From positions 5,963 through 69,962 of the forward strand of contig JAJTED010000007.1 of the NCBI GenBank assembly GCA_021300535.1: a stretch of 64,000 nucleotides of DNA. Direction: 5' to 3'. Under the pieces are notes generated by a model. It had not been told where the DNA came from, made no database searches, and saw only the letters and a program-made list of their open reading frames with translations. Positions within the stretch are counted from its first letter, which is position 1. Each line of letters starts with the position of its first letter. The position numbers and the translations under genes were made by a program. Of this stretch, positions 50,904-61,344 are shown one piece after another. This DNA comes from Planctomycetaceae bacterium (GTDB lineage Bacteria; Planctomycetota; Planctomycetia; Pirellulales; UBA1268).

Positions 50904-52391
50904 ATGGCTCGCGCTGCCAGACCGCTCGCACTGTTCGTGCCACGATCGATCGCGGTCGCGCATGCGCTCGTTGTCGCGGCGGCCTGCGGCGGGCAGCCCG
51001 ATCCGCTCGGGTACCCGGAATCGGTGGGCGACCCGCCGCGCTCGGGAGTGCCGGTGCGGCGGGCCGACGAGCCACAGGTGCCGGGGGGCCTCGACCCGTT
51101 TCGCGCGCCGGCCGAAGCGAAAACCCCGGAGGGCCTGCTCGCCTGGTTTCAGGAGCCGGTGCCGGCGTCGCCCTGCGATCGCACGCTCGTCGATCCCGCG
51201 TGGATGGGGCCCGGTGAACTGGCCTATCGGCTTTCCGACACCCGCTGCGACTGCTCCCGCGACCACTCGCGGGCGTTTCGTTCGGAGATCCTCGAACGGC
51301 TCTGGATCTCGGCCGACTATCTCCTCTGGGCGACGTCGCCGCAGGCGCTGCCGCCGCTCGTGACGTCGAGCCCGGCAGGGACGCTGCCGGCCGACATCGG
51401 CGTTCTCGGCAGGCCGGGCACGCAGATTCTCTTCGGCAACGAGACGGCCGATGGCCCGATGCGGTCCGGTGGCCGGATCGCCATGGGCTACTGGTGGAAC
51501 CCCAGGCAGCTCGGCGGCGTGCGGGCGGAATATTTCGGGCTCACCAATGCCAGCGACCGCGGGAATTTTCCATCGGCGGCGGGCAGCCCGTGGCTCGCGC
51601 GGCCCTTTGTCGACGCTACCACCGGCCTGCCGGCAGCGGTCGTGGTGCCGCCGCCGGCCACGGTCCCTGCCGACGTGTCGCTCTTGTCACAGGAGATCTC
51701 GGCTGTGCAGGTGGCCCGCTTCAGCGGCTTCGACCTGCTGCTCATGCACGCGCTGGCCTGCGAGAAGTTCCATCGCCGCTACCTCGTCGGCGGCTACCGC
51801 TACCTCTTGCTCGACGACGCGGTCACGATCCGCGACGCCGCCAGCATTTCGACGGGCACCCCTGGCGGCCTGCCTCTCCAGACGATCGTGGCCAGGGACT
51901 CGTTCCGGTCCATTTCGCAGTTCAACGGCGGTGAGATCGGGATCATGGAGCGGTGGTGGCGGCAGCGGATGTCGCTGGCGGTGACGGGCAAGGTAGCCCT
52001 CGGGGCCAGCGGAATCGGCACGACGATCAACGGCCAGACGCAGACCACCCAGACCACGGCCGCGGGCACGTCGATCGTGTCCGATACGTCCGGTGGCCTG
52101 CTCGCCCAGCCGAGCAACATCGGCGGCTATGGTTCGACGCTGTTCGCGGCCGTGGGCGAGGCGGGCGTCAACGCCGACTACGCCCTGTGGTCGCAGTGCC
52201 GCCTCTCGCTCGGCTTCACGTTCCTCTATTGGACGACCGTCGGCCGTGCCGCGGGCCAGATCGACCGGGCCGTGAACCCCACGCCGTTCGGCGGGGGATC
52301 CGTGGTCGGCACCGCGGCCCCTGCATTCAGGCTCCGCACGAGCGACTTCTGGGCCACGGGTCTGAACATCGGCCTCGAATACCAGTTCTGA
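50904..52391 (+). CDS. BBP7-family (formerly DUF1551) outer-membrane beta-barrel protein
   Basis: 495 aa from the internal ATG of ORF 50643-52391. Signal/lipobox-like 'AVAHALVVAAACGG'. 'ERLWISADYLLWATSPQALPPLVTSSP', 'RSGGRIAMGYWW' and 'GVRAEYFGL' fit the family, and the terminal 'GLNIGLEYQF' has an aromatic C-terminus typical of OM barrels. Confidence 0.8.
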   Translation: MARAARPLALFVPRSIAVAHALVVAAACGGQPDPLGYPESVGDPPRSGVPVRRADEPQVPGGLDPFRAPAEAKTPEGLLAWFQEPVPASPCDRTLVDPAWMGPGELAYRLSDTRCDCSRDHSRAFRSEILERLWISADYLLWATSPQALPPLVTSSPAGTLPADIGVLGRPGTQILFGNETADGPMRSGGRIAMGYWWNPRQLGGVRAEYFGLTNASDRGNFPSAAGSPWLARPFVDATTGLPAAVVVPPPATVPADVSLLSQEISAVQVARFSGFDLLLMHALACEKFHRRYLVGGYRYLLLDDAVTIRDAASISTGTPGGLPLQTIVARDSFRSISQFNGGEIGIMERWWRQRMSLAVTGKVALGASGIGTTINGQTQTTQTTAAGTSIVSDTSGGLLAQPSNIGGYGSTLFAAVGEAGVNADYALWSQCRLSLGFTFLYWTTVGRAAGQIDRAVNPTPFGGGSVVGTAAPAFRLRTSDFWATGLNIGLEYQF

Positions 52392-52578
52392 TCGGGCTCG
52401 ATGCGGTCACCGTGGCTTCTGCCCCCCAGGGCGTGGCGTAGAGCCTGGGCTTTCCGCCGCCTCCCCGACTGGAGGCCGAATCGAACGCGTCCGCATGCGA
52501 CGATGTCACGCATGGCGGCGAGTCTCTGCGCTCCGCGCGGCACTGCTGACCGGCGGGCGCAGGCTGCCGCCGAGGGGA

Positions 52579-53880
52579 TCAGGCGCGGATCCGTTCGACC
52601 TTGCCCACCACGAGGCCGTAGCAGATGGCGCCGGCGAGGGCCGTGGCGGCGATGAACGTGATGGCCGGGGCGAAGTCGCCCCCCTTCACGAGCTGGCCGA
52701 TCACGATCGGCACACCCACGCTCGCCAGGTTGCCCACGAAGTTGAACATCCCGCCGGTGAGGCCCAGGAGCCGCTCCGGCGCGATCGCCGACACCAGCGA
52801 CCAGGTGATCGACGCCAGGCCGTTGCCGAAGAAGGCGAGCGACAAGAAGAGGATCACGAGCGTGGGGTTTTCGACATAGTTCGCCCCGATGATGCTCGAC
52901 GAGATCAAGAGCCCGGCGATGATCGGCAGCTTGCGGGCCAGGCCGAGCGACCATCCGGCACGCACGAGCCGGTCGGAAAGGATTCCCGAGCAGTTCACTC
53001 CCGCGAACGCGGCCAGGAATGGCACGGAGCCGAGCAGGCCCGCCTTGATGAAGTCCATGCCGCGAAAATCGACGAGGTATGTGGGAAACCACGTCAGGAA
53101 AAACCAGAGCGTGGAGGTGAGGCAGAACTGCCCGAGGTAAAGCCCCCAGAGCTTCCGATGGGAGAGCACCGTGCCGAGGTCAGCCCAGGGGAAGCCATCG
53201 GCACTCGTCTTCTGCCTGGCGGCGAGATCGACGAAGCCGCCGCCGGCGCGGATCAGCGCGATTTCGGCGGCGTTCGCTGCTCGGCTCTCCAGCGGCTCAC
53301 GGTAGAGGGCATACCAGACGGCCGCCCAGAGAACGCCCACCCCCCCGGTGACGAGAAACACCATCTGCCAGCCGAACGCATTCTGGACCGCGTAGAGCAG
53401 GGGAGAGAGACAGGCGAGGCCCACGAACTGGCCCGATGTATAGAAGCCGACGGCCGTGGCCCGCTCCCGCTCCGGAAACCAGGTTGTCACGACTCGGCTG
53501 TTGATCGGATATGACGGCGCCTCCAGCGCCCCCACGAGCAGCCGCAGGCCGATCAGCCCCGCCACGCTTCCCACGAAGCCCAGGCCGATCGTCGCGAGCG
53601 ACCACAGGGCGATGGCAACCGGATACAGCACACGCGGTGGAATGCGATCCACGAGCCAGCCGCCGGGCACCTGCAGGGCTGCGTACGTCCAGCCAAAGGC
53701 GGCGAGGATCCAGCCCTTCTGGGCATCGTCGAACCCGAGGTCCTTCGCGAGCTGCGGGGCCGCGACCGAAAGATTGGCCCGGTCGAGGTAATTGATCACC
53801 ACCGACACGAAGAGCAGCACCGCGACGAAAGAGCGGGCCCGCGTCGGCCGTTCCGTAGTCTCGCTGCCTGGGCTTACCAC
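52579..53880 (-). CDS. dgoT: MFS transporter (D-galactonate/acid-sugar transporter type)
   Basis: 433 aa, 12-TM MFS. '[18 protein letters not shown]' and '[10 protein letters not shown]' fit the ACS/anion:cation symporter family. Overlaps the dgoD stop by 7 nt. The symbol is inferred from operon context. Confidence 0.8.
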   Translation of the reverse strand: MVSPGSETTERPTRARSFVAVLLFVSVVINYLDRANLSVAAPQLAKDLGFDDAQKGWILAAFGWTYAALQVPGGWLVDRIPPRVLYPVAIALWSLATIGLGFVGSVAGLIGLRLLVGALEAPSYPINSRVVTTWFPERERATAVGFYTSGQFVGLACLSPLLYAVQNAFGWQMVFLVTGGVGVLWAAVWYALYREPLESRAANAAEIALIRAGGGFVDLAARQKTSADGFPWADLGTVLSHRKLWGLYLGQFCLTSTLWFFLTWFPTYLVDFRGMDFIKAGLLGSVPFLAAFAGVNCSGILSDRLVRAGWSLGLARKLPIIAGLLISSSIIGANYVENPTLVILFLSLAFFGNGLASITWSLVSAIAPERLLGLTGGMFNFVGNLASVGVPIVIGQLVKGGDFAPAITFIAATALAGAICYGLVVGKVERIRA

Positions 53881-55022
53881 TCGGCGAAGCTCCCGTCTGC
53901 ATGCCGCCAGATCGGGTTCCGCCAGCGGTGGCCCACGGCCGCCCGCTCCTTGACGTACTCCTCGTTGACGTCGATGCCGAGGCCCGGGCCGCTTGGAATC
54001 TTCACGTACCCGTCGGCGTAGTCGAAGACCTCGGGATTCTTGACGTAGTCGAGGAGGTCGTTGCCCTGGTTGTAATGGATGCCGAGGCTCTGCTCCTGGA
54101 TGAAGGCGTTGTAGCAGTTGGCGTCGAGCTGCAGGTTCACGGCCAGCGCGATGGGGCCGAGCGGGCAGTGGAGGGCGATCGCCACGTCATAGGCCTCGGC
54201 CATCGAGGCGATCTTCTTGGTTTCCGTGATGCCGCCGGCATGTGACGGGTCGGGCTGCAGAATGTCGACGTGGCCGGCCTCGAGAATCTTCTTGAAATCC
54301 CACCGCGAGCAGAGCCGCTCGCCGAGGGCGATCGGGGCGCTCGTGAGCGGGGCGATCTCGGCGAGGGCCTCTGCATGCTCGCTCAACACCGGCTCCTCGA
54401 TGAACATGAGCCGATAGGGCTCGAGCAGCTTCACGAGCACCTTCGCCATCGGCTTGTGCACGCGGCCGTGGAAATCGACGCCGATCCCGAAGTGGGGCCC
54501 GAGCGCCTCGCGGATCGCCGCCACGTTGGCGAGCACCTGATCGACCTTGTCGTGGGTGTCGATGAACTGCAGCTCTTCAGAGGCGTTCATCTTGATCGCC
54601 GTGAATCCGCGGGCGGCCCGCTCCTGCGCCTGGGCCGCCGTCTCCCCGGGGCGATCGCCGCCCACCCAGGAATAGACGCGAATCCGATCGCGAACCTTGC
54701 CACCGAGCAGTTCATACACCGGCACGCCGAGCGCCTTGCCCTTGATGTCCCACAGGGCCTGGTCGATGCCCGCCAGCGCGCTCATGTGGATCGCGCCGCC
54801 GCGGTAGAAGCCGCCGCGGTAGAGGACGGTCCAGTGATCCTCGATCTGGCGCGGATCCTTGCCGATCAAATAATCGGCCAGCTCATCCACCGCCGCGGCC
54901 ACGGTCTGGGCCCGGCCTTCGACCACCGGCTCCCCCCAGCCGACGATGCCCGCGTCGGTCTGTACCTGCAAAAAGCACCACCGCGGAGGCACGATATAGG
55001 TCGTGAGCTTTGTGATCTTCAT
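53874..55022 (-). CDS. dgoD: D-galactonate dehydratase (enolase superfamily)
   Basis: '[41 protein letters not shown]', '[21 protein letters not shown]', 'DFHGRVH', 'FIEEP'. 382 aa. Confidence 0.93.
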   Translation of the reverse strand: MKITKLTTYIVPPRWCFLQVQTDAGIVGWGEPVVEGRAQTVAAAVDELADYLIGKDPRQIEDHWTVLYRGGFYRGGAIHMSALAGIDQALWDIKGKALGVPVYELLGGKVRDRIRVYSWVGGDRPGETAAQAQERAARGFTAIKMNASEELQFIDTHDKVDQVLANVAAIREALGPHFGIGVDFHGRVHKPMAKVLVKLLEPYRLMFIEEPVLSEHAEALAEIAPLTSAPIALGERLCSRWDFKKILEAGHVDILQPDPSHAGGITETKKIASMAEAYDVAIALHCPLGPIALAVNLQLDANCYNAFIQEQSLGIHYNQGNDLLDYVKNPEVFDYADGYVKIPSGPGLGIDVNEEYVKERAAVGHRWRNPIWRHADGSFAEW

Positions 55023-55034
55023 GGCCGAGACTCC

Positions 55035-55676
55035 TCAGGTTGGCCGGCAGCCGCGATAGGCGGCGACGAATGCGTCGCCGGCCCGGCGGACGTCGGCCGG
55101 GCTCATTCCGGGCTTGTAGAGCGCTGCGCCGAGCCCGAAGCCGTTCGCCCCGGCGGCGACGAACGCGGCCATGTTCTCCGGTGAAACGCCCCCCACGGGC
55201 ACGAGCGGCACGTCCCGCGGAAACACGGCCCGCCACGCCTTCGCCACGCCAGGGCCGATCTGCTCGGCGGGAAAGAGCTTGAGCATGTCGGCGCCGGCAT
55301 CGAGCGCCGCAAAGCCCTCGGTGGGCGTGGCCACGCCGGGTGCGCTCCAGAGGCCGGCGGCCTTCGTCGACCGGATCACGTCGGGATTCGCGTTCGGCGA
55401 CACGATGAGCGTGCCGCCAGCAGCCGCCACGGAGTGCACCTGCTGCGTGGTGAGTACGGTGCCCGCGCCGATCCGGGCTCGATCACCGAATGCGGCAGCA
55501 AGCCGGCGAATGCTCTCGAGCGGCTGCGGTGAATTGAGCGGCACCTCGATCACCCGGAACCCCGCATCGATGAGAGCCTGACCGATGGCGACGGCCTCGT
55601 CGGGCATGACGCCACGGAGGATCGCGATCAAGGGCAGGGTCGTGAAGTGGGGATCGGCAGCACGCTGGTCAGCCAT
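55035..55676 (-). CDS. dgoA: 2-dehydro-3-deoxy-6-phosphogalactonate aldolase
   Basis: KDPG/KHG aldolase fold: 'LIAILRGVMPDEAVAIGQALIDAGFRVIEVPLNSPQPLESI', 'GAGTVLT', 'LKLFPA'. Start set at the Met of 'MADQRAADPHF' (55676). Confidence 0.88.
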   Translation of the reverse strand: MADQRAADPHFTTLPLIAILRGVMPDEAVAIGQALIDAGFRVIEVPLNSPQPLESIRRLAAAFGDRARIGAGTVLTTQQVHSVAAAGGTLIVSPNANPDVIRSTKAAGLWSAPGVATPTEGFAALDAGADMLKLFPAEQIGPGVAKAWRAVFPRDVPLVPVGGVSPENMAAFVAAGANGFGLGAALYKPGMSPADVRRAGDAFVAAYRGCRPT

Positions 55677-56667
55677 GCGCGGCACTCCGGGACGAATGGC
55701 CAGTAACAGACACGAGCCCCGCCGCCCTGGCAACCTGCCAGAGGCCCGCAGCCGCACTGTCGCCGAGCACGCGGGCCTGGGGCACGCCGAAAGCCGCGAC
55801 CGCCTCCGAGTATCGTCCGCAGAGTGCCTCGTCGCCGATCAGCACGATCGCCGGCAGCGGCTGCCCGCGGTACGCCGCGATCGCGCTCCTGATCTCTTCC
55901 CCCACGAGCAGTCCGGAGAGGTAGTCGAGCGCGGCGGCCGGCGGCAGTGCGCCCGTGAGATAGAGGCTGCGGGTCGTGAAGAGCCGACCCGCCACGCCTT
56001 CGGGGCCGCTCTCCCGGGCGACGGCGAGACCCCGGGCAAACGCGGCTGCCGTCGCGGCGGCGCTGATCGTGTCGGCTCCGGCCTCCCGTGCCGGCTTGCC
56101 GAGCAGCGAGTGGTGCCGGAGCAGGGCGAAAAGTTCGCCGGTCATGAACGTGTCAAAGCTGGTGATCCGTCCGTCACGCACCCGCACCCACTTGGAGTGT
56201 GTTCCCGGCAGCACGACGAGCGACTCGGTGGCGAGGGCCGGTTCCCGGGCGAATGAGCCCACGATCTGCGTCTCCTCGCCCCGCAGCACGTTTGGCAGCG
56301 GCCCGCGCTGGATCACGCCCGGCACGAGATGGATTCGCCCCGCCTCCGAATCGAAGGCGAGCAGCCCACGAGCAATCGCTGCAGCATCGGCGGGGCAGTC
56401 GACGTACGGCACCTCCCGCCAGCCCTGGCGGCTGCCCACCATGCCCGCGGCAACCACAGGGAGTGAAGCCACCGCCTGATCACGGCCACGCCAGGCCGCC
56501 ACGACCTCGTGAAACGCCCCGGCAAACCCGCCCGCCGGCAGGTGCTGGATGCCCCACGGCTTGGCGATCGAGTCGATGACGCCCCCGTCAGCGGCCAAGA
56601 GATAGCCGCGGAGCGACGACGTGCCCCAGTCGAGGCCAATCACGGCAGGTCGCAGGACCGCGGTCAT
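55669..56667 (-). CDS. dgoK: 2-dehydro-3-deoxygalactonokinase
   Basis: 'VIGLDWGTSSLRGYLL', 'LPGTHSKWV' and 'FMTGELFALL' follow the DgoK pattern. Start set at the Met of 'MTAVLRPAVIGLDWG' (56667). 8-nt overlap with dgoA. Confidence 0.88.
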   Translation of the reverse strand: MTAVLRPAVIGLDWGTSSLRGYLLAADGGVIDSIAKPWGIQHLPAGGFAGAFHEVVAAWRGRDQAVASLPVVAAGMVGSRQGWREVPYVDCPADAAAIARGLLAFDSEAGRIHLVPGVIQRGPLPNVLRGEETQIVGSFAREPALATESLVVLPGTHSKWVRVRDGRITSFDTFMTGELFALLRHHSLLGKPAREAGADTISAAATAAAFARGLAVARESGPEGVAGRLFTTRSLYLTGALPPAAALDYLSGLLVGEEIRSAIAAYRGQPLPAIVLIGDEALCGRYSEAVAAFGVPQARVLGDSAAAGLWQVARAAGLVSVTGHSSRSAAHG

Positions 56668-56837
56668 GCGCGGAGGATACCAAAGTGGTGAGAGGCGGTC
56701 AGCGTTTGCATGCGTGGGCGTTTCTTGCGGGCCCGCACGGGGGCGGTTGGATGACGTAACTCGCGGGACCGGCCAGCCACCTTGCCGTCGCCGTCTGGCG
56801 GTCATGCCAGGGGATGCCGCACGTGCGCCGGCCGCGG

Positions 56838-58148
56838 CTACTCGTTGACGTACGTCTCGAGGAACCGGGCCAGACTGTGGAAGTCGCTGCCACGGTCCAC
56901 GTACCGCACCACGGTGACCAGCGTGTTGGGATCGACGAGCTCCTCGAAGGGCACGTAGTTGAGGTCGAGCTGGCCCGACACGCTCACCATCACGCCGTCG
57001 AGGCCGCGCTCGGCGAGCGCCCGGTAGCCGCCCACGCCCAGCTGGCTGCCGAGCATGACGTCGAAGGCATGGGGCTTGGCGCAGCGGGCCTCGTAGCCGA
57101 GCTGCAGGCCCACCACCTTCCGCGACCGGCCCGTCTGCTTCTTGAACTCATCGCTCACGAGCTTGGCGAACATCCGGCCGAGCTGGACGTGCGAGATCGA
57201 GATGTGGCCGTGGTCGTCCCGCGGAATGCCCTCCAGAGCCTTGGCGGGCAGGTACTCGGCCAGCCCCTCGGCCATCACGATCACGCCGTACTGCTTGCCC
57301 TCCTGTTCCTCGCGGACCCGCATCGTCTTCACGATCCGGGCCACGACCTCGTCGATGTTCATCACCGGCTTGACCCGGGTCTCGCCGTTCGGGCCGGTGA
57401 CCGTCTCCTCGCCGCGGAACTTGCCGTGGATGTCTTCCACGCTGATCACCAGGCTCGCCTCGCCGGCGATCGCGGCGCCGTACGACAGCCAGCCGGCGCT
57501 GCGGCCCATCGTCTCGCAGAGGAAGTAGGCCCGGCTCGCCTCGGCGTCGTAGAGGAGGTTGCGGATCTCGCCACCCAGCGTGTCGACCGCGGTGAAGTAG
57601 CCGAACGTGAAGTCGATGCCCATGTAGTCGTTGTCGATCGTCTTCGGCAGGTGGACGACTGGGATCCGCTTGCTCCCCGCCGGCAGCCGGTCCTGGTAGA
57701 GCTTGAACTTGTTGGCCGTCTTCAGCGTGTCGTCGCCGCCGATCGAGATCAGGGCCTCGACGCCGAGCGACCGCAGTCCCTCGTAGGCGTTCTTCAGCGG
57801 CCCGACCCGCTCCGCGTCGTCGAAATGGCTGGGATGGGAGACGTGCTTGCCGGGATTCGTGCGGGCCGTGCCGATCATGATCCCCTGGCCGCTCCGCGTC
57901 CGCTTGAGGAACTCGGGCGTGATCTTGATGTAGTCGCGGCCCTCGGCCAGCGGCCTGGCGGGGGAGTAGTCGGCGAGCGACGAGTAGCCGTGCTTCATGC
58001 CGATCACCTCGGTGCCCTCGCGCATGAAGGAGGTGGCGGCGGTGGAGATCACGGCGTTGGCCCCGGGGGCGGGGCCGCCGGCGAAGAGGATGGCGACGCG
58101 GCGGAAGTGGTGGGCGGCCTTCGGGGGGCGGGACAGCGATTCGGGCAT
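56838..58148 (-). CDS. pfp: Diphosphate--fructose-6-phosphate 1-phosphotransferase (PPi-dependent phosphofructokinase)
   Basis: 'VAILFAGGPAPGANAVI'. 'IGGDDTLKTA' (Asp where ATP-PFKs have GGDGS) and 'PKTIDNDY' (Lys where ATP-PFKs have PGTIDND) are the classical PPi-specificity residues. Start set at the Met of 'MPESLSRPPK' (58148). Confidence 0.88.
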   Translation of the reverse strand: MPESLSRPPKAAHHFRRVAILFAGGPAPGANAVISTAATSFMREGTEVIGMKHGYSSLADYSPARPLAEGRDYIKITPEFLKRTRSGQGIMIGTARTNPGKHVSHPSHFDDAERVGPLKNAYEGLRSLGVEALISIGGDDTLKTANKFKLYQDRLPAGSKRIPVVHLPKTIDNDYMGIDFTFGYFTAVDTLGGEIRNLLYDAEASRAYFLCETMGRSAGWLSYGAAIAGEASLVISVEDIHGKFRGEETVTGPNGETRVKPVMNIDEVVARIVKTMRVREEQEGKQYGVIVMAEGLAEYLPAKALEGIPRDDHGHISISHVQLGRMFAKLVSDEFKKQTGRSRKVVGLQLGYEARCAKPHAFDVMLGSQLGVGGYRALAERGLDGVMVSVSGQLDLNYVPFEELVDPNTLVTVVRYVDRGSDFHSLARFLETYVNE

Positions 58149-58336
58149 GAGTCTCTCTATCTCCTGGCGGCGAGGGTGGGTTCGTGAACCGTGGGGATGA
58201 CGTCTGCGGAACAGTGGGGGCAGGCGAGGGGATCGGCGTGAGGATGGCGAGCGTGGCGGTCCTCCGTCAGCGAGCCAACTCATGCCGTCCCCGAGCCGTG
58301 GCGGACGTGCCGGTGTCGCTACCGTGCTTCAACCGC

Positions 58337-59680
58337 CTACCCCGCCAGCATCCGTTCCACGAAGGTGGTGTCGACCTGGGCCTCGTGGAAGGCGGTGTTG
58401 GAGAGCACCTTGAGGTGCAGCGGGACGGTGGTCTTGATGCCCTCGATCCGCAGCTCCTTGAGGGCGCGGATCATGGTATCGATCGCGTCCTTGCGGGTGT
58501 GCTGATGGACGATCAGCTTGCCGACGAGCGAGTCGTAGTGGGGGGGGACGACGTAGCCGGTGGTGGCGTGGGAGTCCCAGCGGACGCCGAACCCGCCGGG
58601 GGCGATGATCCGCTCGATCCGGCCCGGGCAGGGGCGGAAGTTGGCGTCGGGATCCTCGGCGTTGATCCGGCACTCGATCGCATGGCCGCGGGGCACGATG
58701 TCGGCCTGCTTCAGGTCGAGCTTCTCGCCGGCCGCCACGCGGATCTGCGCCTTGAGGAGGTCGATGCCCGTGACCATTTCGCTCACGGGATGCTCCACCT
58801 GGATCCGGGCGTTGACCTCGATGAAGTAGAAGTTGTCCTGCTGGTCGACGATGAACTCGACCGTGCCGGCGGAGAAGTAGTTGGCCGTCTTGGCGAGCCG
58901 CACCGCCGCCTCCGCCATCTTTTGGCGGATCGCCTGAGGGAGCCGGGGCGAGGGGCTCTCCTCGATCAGTTTCTGGTGCCGCCGCTGGGTCGAGCAGTCG
59001 CGCTCCCAGAGGTGGAACACGTTGCCGTGCTGGTCGCCGAGGATCTGGATTTCGACGTGCCGCGGCCGCTCGACGTATTTCTCAATGTAGATGCCGGGGT
59101 TGCCGAAGGCCGCCTGGGCCTCGGCCGAGGCCTGCTGCCAGGCGCTCGCCAGGGCCAGGTCGTTGGCCGCCACCCGCATGCCCTTGCCGCCGCCGCCGGC
59201 CGTGGCCTTGAGGAGCACGGGGAAGCCGATCTCCTTGGCGATCCGCACCGCCTCCTGCTCGTTGGCGATCAGTCCCTCGCTGCCGGGCACCGTGGGCACG
59301 CCCGCCTCGCGGGCGAGCGCCCGGGCCGAGTTCTTGTCGCCCACCCGCTGCATCGCCTCGGGCGTGGGGCCGATGAAGCCGATGTCGCAAGACCGGCAGA
59401 CCTCGGCGAAGTGCGCGTTCTCCGAGAGGAAGCCGTAGCCCGGGTGGATGGCCTGCACGTTCCCGATCTCGGCCGCGCTGATCACCCGGTCGATCCGCAG
59501 GTAGCTGTCGGCGGCCCGGGCCGGACCGACGCAGATCGCCTCGTCGGCGAGCTCCAGATACGGCGCACCGCGGTCCGCCTCGCTGAAGATGGCCACCGTT
59601 TCGACGCCGAGCTCGCGGCAGGCGCGGATCACCCGCAGGGCGATCTCACCGCGATTGGCGATCAGGATCCGTTTGTACAT
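58337..59680 (-). CDS. accC: Acetyl-CoA carboxylase, biotin carboxylase subunit
   Basis: '[25 protein letters not shown]', '[12 protein letters not shown]', '[13 protein letters not shown]', '[14 protein letters not shown]'. 447 aa. Confidence 0.96.
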   Translation of the reverse strand: MYKRILIANRGEIALRVIRACRELGVETVAIFSEADRGAPYLELADEAICVGPARAADSYLRIDRVISAAEIGNVQAIHPGYGFLSENAHFAEVCRSCDIGFIGPTPEAMQRVGDKNSARALAREAGVPTVPGSEGLIANEQEAVRIAKEIGFPVLLKATAGGGGKGMRVAANDLALASAWQQASAEAQAAFGNPGIYIEKYVERPRHVEIQILGDQHGNVFHLWERDCSTQRRHQKLIEESPSPRLPQAIRQKMAEAAVRLAKTANYFSAGTVEFIVDQQDNFYFIEVNARIQVEHPVSEMVTGIDLLKAQIRVAAGEKLDLKQADIVPRGHAIECRINAEDPDANFRPCPGRIERIIAPGGFGVRWDSHATTGYVVPPHYDSLVGKLIVHQHTRKDAIDTMIRALKELRIEGIKTTVPLHLKVLSNTAFHEAQVDTTFVERMLAG

Positions 59681-59696
59681 GGATGCTGCTGCGTGG

Positions 59697-60176
59697 TCAG
59701 CCTTCGGGATCGACCTTGATCAGTGGCTGGCCAAACTCGACCGGCGCCCCGTTCTCGACGAGGATCGCCACCACCTGGCCCGACAGGCCGGCGGGGATCT
59801 CGTTGAACACCTTCATGGCCTCCACGATGCAAACCGTCTTCTCGGGGCCGATCCGGTCACCGACCTTGACGAACGCGGCTGCATCGGGGCCGGAGGCCCG
59901 GTAGAAGGTGCCCACCATGGGGCTCTTAATGACGAGCATTCGGGCGTCGGCGGCGGACTCCTTGGCCGGGGCCGCCTCGGCGGCCGCCGAGGCCGGCCGG
60001 GGTGCGGCCGGGGCGGGGGCGGAGTAGGCGACGACCTCGCCACCCCGGCGGATCCGCACGCGGTTGTCGGCCTGTTTGAGGTCGAGTTCCGAGAGATCGT
60101 GCTCCTTCATGAGCTCGATCAGCCGCCGGACCTTCTTGACGTCGAAGATGTCGCCGGGATTTTGTGCAGCACACAT
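59697..60176 (-). CDS. accB: Acetyl-CoA carboxylase, biotin carboxyl carrier protein
   Basis: 159 aa with an Ala/Pro linker and a biotinyl domain: '[10 protein letters not shown]', '[13 protein letters not shown]' (biotinyl Lys in EAMK). 16 nt upstream of accC. Confidence 0.93.
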   Translation of the reverse strand: MCAAQNPGDIFDVKKVRRLIELMKEHDLSELDLKQADNRVRIRRGGEVVAYSAPAPAAPRPASAAAEAAPAKESAADARMLVIKSPMVGTFYRASGPDAAAFVKVGDRIGPEKTVCIVEAMKVFNEIPAGLSGQVVAILVENGAPVEFGQPLIKVDPEG

Positions 60177-60295
60177 GGCGGTTCGATTGGTCTCCAGACC
60201 CGTGGCCGCGTGCCGGCCAAGTCGCGGGAAGGTAGCCCGCTGGCGCGGTTTCAGTCAAGGTAAACTCAGGTTTCGTCGCGGGGCGCAGGGCATCA

Positions 60296-61099
60296 GTGCC
60301 CGCGGCTCCCCTCGCAAAGGCGGCCCTTTTTTGTGGGGCCGAAAGCCCGACCATGCCGACCGAGCCCCCACCTGAAGACCTCGTCAGGCTGCCGCCGCGC
60401 GACCCGCAGGCCAGCAAGCGCGACCATGGCCGAGTGGTGGTCGTCGGCGGCGCGCCAGGCATGGCCGGCGCGCCGGCGCTTGCGGCGATGGCGGCGCTCA
60501 AGAGCGGCGCCGGGCTCGTCGAACTGCTGGTGCCTGACTCGGTCGCGGCGATCGCGGCGGCGTTCGATCCCTGCGTGATGACGCGGGGATTGCCGGCGGA
60601 GGCCGAGGGGGGGTTCGCCGCCGCGGCCGAGGACACCCTCGTCGCGCGGCTCACAGCCGCCGATGCGGGCGTCGTCGGGCCGGGCATCGGCCGGACCGCC
60701 GCGGTTCGCGACATCGTGCGGCGGCTGTGGCGCGACGTCTCCGCACCCGTCGTCTTCGACGCCGACGCGCTGTGGGCGTTGTCGGCCGCGGAGATCGACG
60801 CCGTCGTCGTCTTCAAGGGCGCGGGCACGCTCGTCGTCGCCCCGGGTCGGCAGGCCCGCAACGACACGGGCAACCCCGGCATGGCCACGGCCGGCACGGG
60901 CGACGTGCTCGCGGGCGTGATCGCGGCGATCCTCGGTCAGGGCCTCGCGCCGCTCGACGCGGCCCGGCTCGGCGTGTGGGTGCATGGCCGGGCGGGCGAC
61001 GCCGCGGCGGCCGACCTGGGCGAGATCTCGATGACGGCCCGCGACCTCCTCGATCGGCTGCACGTGGGCTTCCGCGCGGCCGACTGCCGCCCCCAGTAG
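60296..61099 (+). CDS. nnrD: NAD(P)H-hydrate dehydratase-like protein (YjeF C-terminal/carbohydrate kinase family), apparently lacking an internal segment
   Basis: 'KRDHGRVVVVGGAPGMAGAPALAAMAALKSGAGLV', 'GPGIG', 'VFDADAL', 'FKGAGTLV', 'GNPGMATAGTGDVLAG'. Only ~21 aa separate 'DADAL' from 'VFKG', and no 'TPHxGE' motif is present. The start may be the Met at 60353. Confidence 0.75.
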   Translation: MPAAPLAKAALFCGAESPTMPTEPPPEDLVRLPPRDPQASKRDHGRVVVVGGAPGMAGAPALAAMAALKSGAGLVELLVPDSVAAIAAAFDPCVMTRGLPAEAEGGFAAAAEDTLVARLTAADAGVVGPGIGRTAAVRDIVRRLWRDVSAPVVFDADALWALSAAEIDAVVVFKGAGTLVVAPGRQARNDTGNPGMATAGTGDVLAGVIAAILGQGLAPLDAARLGVWVHGRAGDAAAADLGEISMTARDLLDRLHVGFRAADCRPQ

Positions 61100-61344
61100 C
61101 GGCGGTCGCTGACCGTCGATGCCCTGATCCCGTGCCATCCCACAGGTTCTGCGGCCCGCCTCCATCCGACACCGGTCTCGGCCGCCCGCGCGATCGTCGT
61201 GCATCTGGACGGGTTCGCTCCCCGTCGGTCGGTGGTCGCGGCGTCGGGAATCCCCGGAATGTCTTTGCAGGCGGCAACGCCGCTGGCATTGTCTGTTGGC
61301 GTTTGGTAATTCTAAACGCTATCATGCAGTGAGGAGAGGACCAC

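Noticed and set aside
48023-51217. 1064-aa plus-strand ORF across the TolC-like gene and the divergent promoter region
   Set aside because: It is antisense to a gene with clear OEP-type helices, and its translation is Arg/Gly/Glu/Pro-rich without structure. It also runs through an intergenic region into the BBP7 gene's upstream sequence, which no real gene boundary supports.
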